DNA of 59,950 nt from Fibrobacteria bacterium (GTDB lineage: Bacteria; Fibrobacterota; Fibrobacteria; UBA11236). Shown piece by piece: positions 36,425-44,227 of this stretch. Position 1 is the stretch's first letter. Every line of letters starts with the position of its first letter. Position numbers and translations under genes: made by a program. The DNA lies in NCBI GenBank assembly GCA_039926685.1, contig JBDSWM010000350.1:1-59950 (forward strand). Reading direction: 5' to 3'. The notes below the pieces were generated by a model. The model was not told where the DNA came from. It saw only the letters and a list, made by a program, of their open reading frames with translations, and made no database searches.

Positions 36425-36727
36425 TCAGGGCTCCCGAAGGGAAGCCAATTCGGATCTTCCCAAAAAGTGCCCGCGTTCGTTGTAGTAATTCCTGGTGATT
36501 TCGGAGCCGTCCCTGTAAAGGATTTCGACTTCCCTTTCCCCGTTGGGGAACCAGCCGGTGTACAGTCCGTCCATCACTTCGCGCCCGCTATCGCGGTAAA
36601 TCCAATAGCGCTCTTTGATGACCCCGCTGGAATAATACTCTTTCCGCTGCTCCGGGAGCTTGCAGCCCGCCAACAGGAGAATAGCGCCCGTTGCCGTGAG
36701 AAATCCGATGTTCACCGACGACCCCAT
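36425..36727 (-). CDS. MORN-variant (YwqK-like) repeat lipoprotein
   Basis: Lipobox LLLAGC from the ATG at 36727. KEYYSSGVIKERYWIYRDSGREVMDGLYTGWFPNGEREVEILYRDG repeats. The ORF-track start at 36796 would overlap terC by 4 nt. Confidence 0.6.
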   Translation of the reverse strand: MGSSVNIGFLTATGAILLLAGCKLPEQRKEYYSSGVIKERYWIYRDSGREVMDGLYTGWFPNGEREVEILYRDGSEITRNYYNERGHFLGRSELASLREP

Positions 36728-36792
36728 TTCGTCCCGAATGGCATGGCCTTTTATGGATACTAATCCCGATCGGAACATTCCGCTTTGCGAAA

Positions 36793-37533
36793 TCAATGCG
36801 CCCGCTTTTTCCCTTTCGAAGCCCGGATATTCAGGATTTCCACCGTCATCGAGAAGAACATCGCGAAGTAGATATATCCTTTGGGGATATGCATTTCGAA
36901 ACCTTCCCCGATCAGGGCCATTCCCACCAGCAACAGGAAAGAAAGCGCCAGCATTTTTACGGTGGGATACCGGTTCACCAGATCGCTGATGGGATTGACC
37001 GCGACGAGCATGATGAGCACCGCGATCACCACCGCGGTCATCATTACGTAAAGATTGTCGACCATTCCCACCGCGGTTATCACCGAGTCCAGCGAGAAAA
37101 TGATGTCCAGGAACATTATCTGCACGATCACACCGCCGAACCCGATTTTCTTCTTCCCCGTCTTGACCATGGATTCCGCGCTGCCGTGTTCGGCTTCGCC
37201 CACCACCTTCTCATGGATTTCCATGGTGCTCTTGTACAGCAGGAACAACCCGCCCAGGATAAGCACCAAATCGCGGCCGGAGATTTCCTGGTTCAGGATG
37301 GTGAACCAGGGCTTGGTCAGCTTCACGATCCAGGAAAGCGAGGCGAGCAGCATCAAGCGGGTGATCAGGGCCGCAGCAAGCCCCATCTGGCGGGCCTTGG
37401 GTTGCTGTGCCGCCGGAAGCTTCCCGGATAGAATCGTTATGAAAACGATATTGTCGATGCCGAGGACGATTTCCAGTAACGTCAAGGTAACCAGGCTGAT
37501 CCAGGTTTGCGGATCGGTCAACGCATGCATCAT
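36793..37533 (-). CDS. terC: TerC-family integral membrane protein
   Basis: LTLLEIVLGIDNIVFITIL and a second ...DIIFSLDSVITAVGM half-repeat. About 7 TM segments. Confidence 0.85.
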   Translation of the reverse strand: MMHALTDPQTWISLVTLTLLEIVLGIDNIVFITILSGKLPAAQQPKARQMGLAAALITRLMLLASLSWIVKLTKPWFTILNQEISGRDLVLILGGLFLLYKSTMEIHEKVVGEAEHGSAESMVKTGKKKIGFGGVIVQIMFLDIIFSLDSVITAVGMVDNLYVMMTAVVIAVLIMLVAVNPISDLVNRYPTVKMLALSFLLLVGMALIGEGFEMHIPKGYIYFAMFFSMTVEILNIRASKGKKRAH

Positions 37534-37698
37534 TGGGTCTGGTCTTTCTTTTGCTTATTCATCCGGTTGCCGTGTATAATCCGGATTTACGTTTCAATCT
37601 GACACTTTCAAGGCGGCGATGGCCTGTAAAGGGCTGCAACAGTGGCCCGCAGGTCCCCAAAATAATACTTTCCTAGCCAACAGGGAGCCGTTTCAATC

Positions 37699-38595
37699 AT
37701 GAGCAAGCGCATTCTACTTCTATTCGCCACCAATATCCTGGTGGTCTTGACCATCACCCTCATCCTGAACATCCTCGGAGTGGGTCGCCTCCTGAACGGG
37801 TATGGTGCGAATTATACCGGCCTCTTCCTATTCTGCCTGGTGTGGGGATTCGCCGGCGCCTTCATCTCGCTGGGCCTTTCGCGCATCATGGCCAAATTGG
37901 GCATGGGCGTCAAGGTTATCGACCCGCAGCGCCCGGGGCAATATTCCGAACTGGTGGATACAGTTCACGCGCTGGCGCAACGCGCCGGCCTGCCGGCCAT
38001 GCCCGAGGTCGGAGTCTATGAGAGCCGCGAAGTCAACGCTTTCGCCACCGGCCCCACGCGCAGCCGGGCGCTGGTGGCCGTTTCCACGGGATTGCTGGGG
38101 CGCATGAACCGGCAGGAATTGGAAGGGGTGCTCGGCCATGAGATCGCCCACGTCGCCAACGGGGACATGGTGACCATGACCTTGCTGCAGGGCATCATCA
38201 ACGCCTTCGTCATGTTCCTGGCCCGCGTCATCGCCATGGCGCTCAGCTCGCGCCGCAACAACGATGAAGGCATGGGCATGGGCGGTAATTGGATTGTGGT
38301 CATGCTCCTGGAAACCCTGTTGAGCCCCTTGGGCTTTCTGGTGGTGGCCTGGTTCTCGCGCCGCCGCGAATTCCGCGCGGATGCGGGCGGCGCCGCCTAC
38401 GCGGGCCGGGAAAAGATGGTGGGCGCCTTGCAATCCTTGCAACGCGTTTTCGGCAAGGATGTCGATCCGAATCAAGGCCCTTCCAGCGTGGCGACCCTGA
38501 AAATCTCCGGCAAGCCTTCGGGATTCATGGCGCTGCTCTCGACCCATCCGCCTCTGGAAGAACGCATCGCGCGCCTGCAGCAAGCCCGAGCCTGA
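37699..38595 (+). CDS. htpX: zinc metalloprotease HtpX
   Basis: HEIAHVANGDM zincin motif, four TM segments, C-terminal THPPLEERI. Confidence 0.9.
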   Translation: MSKRILLLFATNILVVLTITLILNILGVGRLLNGYGANYTGLFLFCLVWGFAGAFISLGLSRIMAKLGMGVKVIDPQRPGQYSELVDTVHALAQRAGLPAMPEVGVYESREVNAFATGPTRSRALVAVSTGLLGRMNRQELEGVLGHEIAHVANGDMVTMTLLQGIINAFVMFLARVIAMALSSRRNNDEGMGMGGNWIVVMLLETLLSPLGFLVVAWFSRRREFRADAGGAAYAGREKMVGALQSLQRVFGKDVDPNQGPSSVATLKISGKPSGFMALLSTHPPLEERIARLQQARA

Positions 38596-38603
38596 ATCCG
38601 GCC

Positions 38604-39266
38604 GTGCTGAAAACCGGACTGTTCACCAGTAAATATGTACCCGCCCGCGTCCCTGGCCCGCGGGAAAAAGTCCTGGTGGTTTTCCACGGCCTGGGCGACT
38701 CCCTGCAGGGATTCGCCTGGATGCCCCAGGAGTTGAGGCTGGACGGGTTGTCCTATCTGCTCGTGAACGCGCCGGACGATTATTACGGCGGCTTCAGCTG
38801 GTTCGAGTTCGCGGGCGGCGGGCTCTTCATGGAGAACGCGCGCCCAGGCATCCTGCGCAGCCGCAAGCTGATCCAGGGGCTGTTGGGGGAATTGATCGCG
38901 CAGGGGATCCGGCCAGCGGACATCATCCTGTTCGGCTTCAGCCAAGGCTGCCTGATGGCCCTGGACGCGGGGCTCCGGTCGGCCCAGGCGCTTGGCGGCG
39001 TGTGCGGCGTTTCCGGCTGGCTGGCTTTCCAGGATGAGTATCCCGCGGCCTTCTCCCCCGCGGCGCGGGAGCAGGGGTTCCTGGTAACCCACGGGTTACG
39101 GGATCCGCTGTTGCCTTTCGCGGCCAGCGCGGCGCAATACGCTTTCCTTAAAACCCAGGGGATCCGCCTCGACTTCAAAAGCTACGACAAAGAGCATACC
39201 ATCCTGCCCGAAGAGCTGCGCGATATCCGCGCCTGGCTCGCGGAACGCATGGCGGCCGCGGCGTAG
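38604..39266 (+). CDS. phospholipase/carboxylesterase-family alpha/beta hydrolase
   Basis: GTG start at 38604, in frame with ORF 38289..39266. VVFHGLGDS, nucleophile elbow GFSQG, and HG..D near the C-terminus. Confidence 0.75.
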   Translation: MLKTGLFTSKYVPARVPGPREKVLVVFHGLGDSLQGFAWMPQELRLDGLSYLLVNAPDDYYGGFSWFEFAGGGLFMENARPGILRSRKLIQGLLGELIAQGIRPADIILFGFSQGCLMALDAGLRSAQALGGVCGVSGWLAFQDEYPAAFSPAAREQGFLVTHGLRDPLLPFAASAAQYAFLKTQGIRLDFKSYDKEHTILPEELRDIRAWLAERMAAAA

Positions 39267-39315
39267 GGCTATCCGGGCGGCGGCCGCCCAGCGCGATCCG
39301 GAGCGGGCAACCGGC

Positions 39316-39915
39316 TCACAGCGAACGCGCGATGAAATCCCTGAGCTCGTCGTAGGTTTGCAGGTTGCCGAATTGGGGGAACTGATCCTTGATGCCGGCG
39401 GGCGCGCGGAAAAAGGTCGCTATGTCCGCTTCCTTCAGCATATGGATGTCATTGTAAGAGTCCCCCGCCGCGCACACGCGCATGTCCAGGGAATGGATGG
39501 CCTGCACGGCCTTGGCCTTGGCATTGTCCTGGCGCAGGGAATATTCCAGCCGTTTGGTTTGCGCATTATAGGCGATGTTGTGGCAGAACAAGGTGGGCCG
39601 CCCCAGCAGCCGCATGAAATGGCCGGCAAATTCATTGAAGGTGTCCGATAGGATGATGAGCTGGTAGCGCTCCCGGATCCAATCAAGAAAATCGCGAGCG
39701 CCTTCGAAAACGGGCAGCTCGGAGATATAACCCTGGATGGCTTCCAAGGTGACATCGTGCTGGGCGCAGATATCCAGGCGCTTGTCCATCAGCTCGCGGT
39801 AGTCCTTGACGTCCCGGGTGGTGAGGTTCAATTCCTGGATGCGCGTGCGGCGCGCCACATGCTGCCAAATCTCGGGGGTCAAGACCCCTTCCATATCCAA
39901 ACATACGACTTTCAT
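39316..39915 (-). CDS. thrH: ThrH-like phosphoserine phosphatase / homoserine phosphotransferase (HAD family)
   Basis: MKVVCLDMEGVLTPEIW (DxE/DxG HAD motif I), ILSDTF, and AAGDSYNDIHML motif IV. Collinear along its length with Pseudomonas ThrH as I remember it. The ORF-track start at 40065 runs through the neighbouring gene's repeat and is rejected. Confidence 0.8.
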   Translation of the reverse strand: MKVVCLDMEGVLTPEIWQHVARRTRIQELNLTTRDVKDYRELMDKRLDICAQHDVTLEAIQGYISELPVFEGARDFLDWIRERYQLIILSDTFNEFAGHFMRLLGRPTLFCHNIAYNAQTKRLEYSLRQDNAKAKAVQAIHSLDMRVCAAGDSYNDIHMLKEADIATFFRAPAGIKDQFPQFGNLQTYDELRDFIARSL

Positions 39916-39928
39916 GGGATTTTCCGCG

Positions 39929-40309
39929 TTAAAGGTCGAACTCGTTGCCGGGCCCTTGGCCTGCGGGCCCCTGGCCCGCCGGTCCTTGACCGCCCGGTCC
40001 CTGACCACCCGGTCCGCGCCCACCGGGTCCGCCGGGCGGGATGATGATCCCGAAATTCCGTTCATAGCGGGAAAGGTTTTCCTGCAAGGTGGCGATCAGG
40101 GATTTCGCGTGCATGGGAGTCATGATGATGCGGCTATGCACCTTGCCCTTGGGGGGGCCCGGGAGCAGGCGCGCGAAATCTATAATGAACTCGGAAGGCG
40201 AATGGGAGACCAGCACGAGGTTGGAATAGATCCCGTCCGCGGCCGATTCCGGCAACTCGATGTTGATCTGCTGGTTCTGGTCTTCGAATTCGCTGTTGGG
40301 CGTTACCAT
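39929..40309 (-). CDS. DUF3467-family protein with Gly/Pro/Gln-rich repetitive tail
   Basis: INIELPESAADGIYSNLVLVSHSPSEFIIDFARLLPG core as in DUF3467. C-terminal PGGPGGRGPGGQGPGGQGPAGQGPAGQGPG. Confidence 0.7.
   Translation of the reverse strand: MVTPNSEFEDQNQQINIELPESAADGIYSNLVLVSHSPSEFIIDFARLLPGPPKGKVHSRIIMTPMHAKSLIATLQENLSRYERNFGIIIPPGGPGGRGPGGQGPGGQGPAGQGPAGQGPGNEFDL
39947..40036 (-). repeat. imperfect 15-nt tandem repeats encoding (GPxGQ)n
   Basis: About 6 units of CC(T/C)TG(G/A)CC(N)C(G/C)GG(C/T)-type sequence on the + strand. They encode the GPGGQ/GPAGQ tail of the DUF3467 protein. Confidence 0.85.
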
Positions 40310-40451
40310 GGGATGAGGCTCCGGAGGCCGCGCCGGCAGCGGAGATGGCCGCGGCGACGTAAGCCCGGGCGGAAATATAGTAAGGGGCCGGGTGATGGCA
40401 GCGCGCCGCGATCGGCCAATCCCGGCGGAACCGGGCGAATCCGGGTTGCGG

Positions 40452-41492
40452 TCAGAAATAGAGGGCGGAAACCTCGCCCCGTTCCCAGTTCAACGCGCTC
40501 AGGTTTCCCCCGTAGGTCTTGCCGATCCCGGTATCGATGCAGAACATCTTCTCATCATACATGGGCAGGATGCGCCCGGCCCGCTGGGGATCGATGCAGG
40601 AGGTGGGAGTATGCCCCACCACCATGCGCAGGCAATGATGGTAGTCCAGCACCTCTACCAATTCCCGCCGCCGGTCGTCATTGGCCTTGAGGGTATACTC
40701 CCGGTTCCACTGCGGCCCGTCGCGGCGGAGCATCACGTCCTTGCCCGGGTTCGAGGCCCCGTCATCGCATAGCTCCAGACGCACGCGGTGGTTGAGCTCC
40801 GGCAGCGGCATAAAGCCGTATTCGCGGTTGAGTCCGCCATGCACGAAGAGATTGCCGTTGATGACCACGGCGGAATCGTGGACCACCAGCCAACCGCCCA
40901 CTTTCCCCCGCGGCGACAAGGCCGCCCGGAATTCCCGGCAGCCCAGCATATCCAGGCGCTTGCTTAATTTGGCATCCAGTTCGGAACGTTTCCCCCGCGC
41001 AGGGACCGGGTCGGGGAACTCGGCGCCCGCCTCCAGCAAATCCTCCCCGGCCAGATCCTGGAACTCCTCCATGGTATTGTAAACGATGAGCCCGCTCATG
41101 GACATGGCTTCATGGTTCCCGAGCAGCACATGCACGCGCGATCCATATTGCGGCGCCTCCGCTTCCAGGCGCCTCAGGAGCTTGAAAATCTTACCCGGCT
41201 CCCCGCCGCGTCCCAGGATATCGCCGAGCTGAACCAGATGCGTATCCTTGGCCTTCCAGTGCCCGCGTTTGTCGATGAGGCCCGCCTCCTGGAGGATGCG
41301 CTTGAAGCCGGCGTAATTCCCATGCAGATCGCCCACGGCGACAATGCGGCCTACTTCGGAATAAACGCTTTGGGACATGCGGGTTTGGGCCTTTTTAGGG
41401 ATATAGCGTGAGTATAGGGGAAGGCCCGGATTAGGTTCCAGTGCTATCGTCCAGCGAGGCCCATTTTCTAGTTTATTGACCTTCGAAGGCAT
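40452..41492 (-). CDS. calcineurin-like metallophosphoesterase
   Basis: VGDLHGNY, GDILGRGG, GNHE and HGG motifs. An alternative start at 41378 (MSQSVYSEVGRIVAVGDLHG) is plausible. Confidence 0.8.
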   Translation of the reverse strand: MPSKVNKLENGPRWTIALEPNPGLPLYSRYIPKKAQTRMSQSVYSEVGRIVAVGDLHGNYAGFKRILQEAGLIDKRGHWKAKDTHLVQLGDILGRGGEPGKIFKLLRRLEAEAPQYGSRVHVLLGNHEAMSMSGLIVYNTMEEFQDLAGEDLLEAGAEFPDPVPARGKRSELDAKLSKRLDMLGCREFRAALSPRGKVGGWLVVHDSAVVINGNLFVHGGLNREYGFMPLPELNHRVRLELCDDGASNPGKDVMLRRDGPQWNREYTLKANDDRRRELVEVLDYHHCLRMVVGHTPTSCIDPQRAGRILPMYDEKMFCIDTGIGKTYGGNLSALNWERGEVSALYF

Positions 41493-41507
41493 CCCAAAGT
41501 CCTATAT

Positions 41508-42950
41508 TTGCGGGCCTCGATGACCTTTCCCCGGAAAGGTCCTTTCAAAAAGGCGGTCGGGTTGGAACGGATCAAGGAAGAATGCGGGCTGATGGGCGTT
41601 TTCGGCGGGCCCGAGGTCACGCGTCGCGTGGTCATGGGCCTTTACTCCCTCCAGCATCGCGGCCAGGAGAGCGTCGGCGTGGCCACCACAAATGGCGAGA
41701 ACATCCATGTACTCAAGCGCATGGGCCTGGTGACGGAACTCAACAAGGAAGAGAAGGAAATCGAGTCGATGACCGGCATCGCCTCCATCGGGCATGTCCG
41801 TTATTCCACCACCGGCCATTCGCACATCAACAACGCCCAGCCCATGCTCGCTTCCACCCGCCACGGCCAAATCGCGGTGGCGCATAACGGCAACATCGTC
41901 AACGCCCCGGAAATCCGCTTGCGCATGGAAGAGGAAGGCAGCATCTTCCAGAGCACCTCGGATACGGAAATCATCCTGCATCTGATCGCGCGTTCCCGGA
42001 AGCCTTCCCTCATGGAAGCCATCTCCGAGACCTTGCAGCAATTGACCGGATCCTTCTGCCTGGTGTTCCTCACCGACAAGGAAATCTACGTGGCGCGGGA
42101 CGGATACGGCATCCGCCCGCTGTGCATGGGGCGCCTGGACAAGACCTGGGTCGTGGCATCGGAAACATGCGCCCTCGATCTGCTCGGCGCCAGCTACGTG
42201 CGCGACATCAAGCCCGGCGAGATCTGCCGCATCAACGACATGGGACTGGAGTCGATCACCTTCACCACCAAGCCGCACCGCGCCCATTGCATCTTCGAAT
42301 TCGTGTATTTCTCCCGCCCGGATTCGCGCATCTTCGAGGAAAGCTGCGACAAGATCCGCCGCAAGATAGGCAAAGCCCTCGCCAAGGAACATCCCGCCCA
42401 GGCGGACGTGGTCGTCTCAGTACCGGATTCCAGCAATACGGCAGCGCTGGGCTACGCCCAGGAAGCCGGCATCAACTTCGACATCGGCCTTTTGCGCAAC
42501 CACTACGTGGGCCGCACTTTCATCGATCCGTCCCAGAACGTGCGCGAGCAGAAGGTCAAGCTCAAATTCAACACCATAGCGGGCGTACTCCGCAACAAGC
42601 GCGTGGTCCTGGTGGACGATTCCATCGTGCGCGGAACCACCTTGAAGTTCCTCACCAAGATGTTGCGCGACGGCGGCGCAAAGGAGGTGCATATCCGCAT
42701 CAGTTCGCCGCCGGTGATGAACCCCTGTTATTACGGGATGGACTTCCCCTCCAAGACCGAGTTGATCGCCAGCAATCTCACCAAAGAGGAAACCCGCAAG
42801 CTGCTGGGCGCGGACACCCTGGAATACCTGAGCATCAAGGGCCTTTTGGGCGTGGCCCCGGGCGGCGCCGAGAACTATTGCGCCGCCTGCTTCGACGGCA
42901 AATACCCCGAAGAAATCCCGGCCGGGAGCACTAAGTTCAGATGTGAGTGA
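41508..42950 (+). CDS. purF: amidophosphoribosyltransferase
   Basis: Ntn catalytic Cys in ...EECGLMGVFG after a propeptide. PRPP loop VVLVDDSIVRGTT. C-terminal Cys ligands (CYYGMDFP, YCAACFDGKYP). The exact start codon is uncertain. Confidence 0.9.
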   Translation: MRASMTFPRKGPFKKAVGLERIKEECGLMGVFGGPEVTRRVVMGLYSLQHRGQESVGVATTNGENIHVLKRMGLVTELNKEEKEIESMTGIASIGHVRYSTTGHSHINNAQPMLASTRHGQIAVAHNGNIVNAPEIRLRMEEEGSIFQSTSDTEIILHLIARSRKPSLMEAISETLQQLTGSFCLVFLTDKEIYVARDGYGIRPLCMGRLDKTWVVASETCALDLLGASYVRDIKPGEICRINDMGLESITFTTKPHRAHCIFEFVYFSRPDSRIFEESCDKIRRKIGKALAKEHPAQADVVVSVPDSSNTAALGYAQEAGINFDIGLLRNHYVGRTFIDPSQNVREQKVKLKFNTIAGVLRNKRVVLVDDSIVRGTTLKFLTKMLRDGGAKEVHIRISSPPVMNPCYYGMDFPSKTELIASNLTKEETRKLLGADTLEYLSIKGLLGVAPGGAENYCAACFDGKYPEEIPAGSTKFRCE

Positions 42951-42954
42951 GTGA

Positions 42955-42995
42955 GCCAATGATCAACATGCCTAAATGGCATGTTGATCATTGGC
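42955..42995. terminator. 18-bp perfect hairpin (5-nt loop) between convergent purF and the crp/fnr-like gene
   Basis: GCCAATGATCAACATGCC-TAAAT-GGCATGTTGATCATTGGC, read directly. No flanking U-tract, so it could be a bidirectional terminator, an RNA-stability element or a protein-binding palindrome. Confidence 0.5.
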
Positions 42996-43030
42996 GAACG
43001 CCTTTCCGGCAGCACTGACCCCGAAAGCCC

Positions 43031-43903
43031 TCACAGCGCGAATTCCTTGATCCGTTCTTCCTCCAGGATGAACAGATCACGCCCCCGGGAACGCAGCCAG
43101 CCTCTCCGTCCCCAGGCCGACAAGGTCCGCGACACCGATTCGCGGGTGGTCCCGGCCATCTCCGCCAGGAATTGCTGTGTGGGACGGTTGCGGATGAGCA
43201 CGCTCATGCCGCCCGCCTCGCGCTGGCGCACGCCTTTCTCTTCCATCAAGCCCAGGATGGCCCCGGCCACGCGCGCATGCATGGAGCGGTAGGACAGGCC
43301 CATCACCTTGCGGTTGCTCTGGCGCAAGCGCCGGTTCATTTCGATCAGCAAGGAGAAGGCCATCTCCGGGCATTCGCGCAGATGGCGGCGAAAATCCTCG
43401 CGGCGCAGCAACATCAGGCGCGTGGGACGCACCGCCCTGGCCGTGGCCGCGCGCGGGCTCTCGTCCAGCAGGGACATTTCCCCGAAGAACTCCCCGGGTT
43501 GCAGGGCGGCCAGCACCGTTTCCTTGCCCTCCGCCGTTTCCAGGACCACGGCCACCTCTCCCTCCGCCACGATGAAGAAATAGCCCCCAGCCGGATCCTC
43601 GGCATGCAAGATGGCGGATCCGGAAGTGTAATGGCGTTCTACCAAGGTATCGGCGATCTTGCGGAGATCGGCTTCGGCCAGCGCGGAAAACATGTCCACC
43701 TGGCTTAGGGTTTCATAACGACGATCCGCGGCCGCCATGCGCGGGACGGCCGATGCGTGCATGGGTGCGATGGCTCTCGGAAGCGTTCCCGGGGCCGGCT
43801 TGGCTGCCGGGTGGGAAAGGCTTTCGGGGCCCGAGGTCATGCGGTTCAGGGAGCTGCTGGGAGTCGGAAGCGATGCGTTCATGGGATTCTCCTGGGTTGT
43901 CAT
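43031..43903 (-). CDS. Crp/Fnr-family transcriptional regulator with N-terminal ~70-aa low-complexity extension
   Basis: cNMP-binding fold (GEFFGEMSLLDESPRAATARA). C-terminal HTH TQQFLAEMAGTTRESVSRTLSAWGRRGWL. Confidence 0.85.
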   Translation of the reverse strand: MTTQENPMNASLPTPSSSLNRMTSGPESLSHPAAKPAPGTLPRAIAPMHASAVPRMAAADRRYETLSQVDMFSALAEADLRKIADTLVERHYTSGSAILHAEDPAGGYFFIVAEGEVAVVLETAEGKETVLAALQPGEFFGEMSLLDESPRAATARAVRPTRLMLLRREDFRRHLRECPEMAFSLLIEMNRRLRQSNRKVMGLSYRSMHARVAGAILGLMEEKGVRQREAGGMSVLIRNRPTQQFLAEMAGTTRESVSRTLSAWGRRGWLRSRGRDLFILEEERIKEFAL

Positions 43904-43987
43904 GCAGGAGAGAAACTAGGTAGGCGGGCTTCTTAGAGATGCGATGCCTGTCACAAGGAAAGCCGGGATGGGCGTGATGCGGATCAT

Positions 43988-44043
43988 ATCCGATGCGATC
44001 CGGATAAGATCCGGAATCAGGCATCCGATCGGCGGTTTATCCG
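43988..44043. repeat. five direct ATCCG(G/A) repeats upstream of the crp/fnr-like gene
   Basis: ATCCG starts at 43988, 43998, 44009, 44023 and 44039. The first three are spaced 10-11 bp apart. Two of the copies form TCCGGA palindromes. Confidence 0.8.
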
Positions 44044-44062
44044 GTATGCAGAGAGGGGGTTT

Positions 44063-44139
44063 TGGTGGTCGTTGTAGGATTTGAACCTACGACCCCATCG
44101 ATGTGAACGATGTACTCTAACCAGCTGAGCTAAACGACC
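44063..44139 (-). tRNA. tRNA-Val (anticodon CAC), CCA encoded
   Basis: Minus strand: GGTCGTTTAGCTCAGCTGGTTAGAGTACATCGTTCACATCGATGGGGTCGTAGGTTCAAATCCTACAACGACCACCA. Cloverleaf: 7-bp acceptor stem GGTCGTT/AACGACC, anticodon stem CATCG/CGATG with loop TTCACAT, and a T-arm GTAGG-TTCAAAT-CCTAC. Confidence 0.95.
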
Positions 44140-44158
44140 AAGGTGTGCAAATATAGCT

Positions 44159-44190
44159 CAGCCTCCGCTATCCCTCAATAGCGGAGGCTG
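44159..44190 (-). terminator. 13-bp perfect hairpin after the vWA gene
   Basis: CAGCCTCCGCTAT-N6-ATAGCGGAGGCTG. On the minus strand it is followed by AGCTATATTTG, a modest U-tract. Confidence 0.5.
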
Positions 44191-44227
44191 CCTGAAAATC
44201 ACCGTCAGCGGCGGTTTAGGCCGGATA

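Noticed and set aside
37534-37698. Possible yybP-ykoY (Mn2+) riboswitch in the terC leader
   Set aside because: TerC genes often carry it, but I could not recognise the conserved GGGGAGUAG / four-way junction core in the 165-nt divergent region. It needs a scan with RF00080.
39267-39315. GGGCGGCGGCCGCCC palindrome between the convergent esterase and thrH genes, as a terminator
   Set aside because: The near-perfect palindrome leaves almost no loop, and there is no U-tract. Support is too weak to call.
39916-40065. N-terminal 50-codon extension of the thrH ORF (start at 40065)
   Set aside because: It is the reverse-strand reading of the GPxGQ repeat of the neighbouring DUF3467 gene. ThrH homology starts at MKVVCLDMEG (ATG at 39915).
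44063-44227. tRNA-Val as an integration hotspot (genomic island, integrase or att repeats)
   Set aside because: No integrase, recombinase or direct repeat of the tRNA 3' end is visible on either side. The neighbouring genes are ordinary chromosomal regulators.
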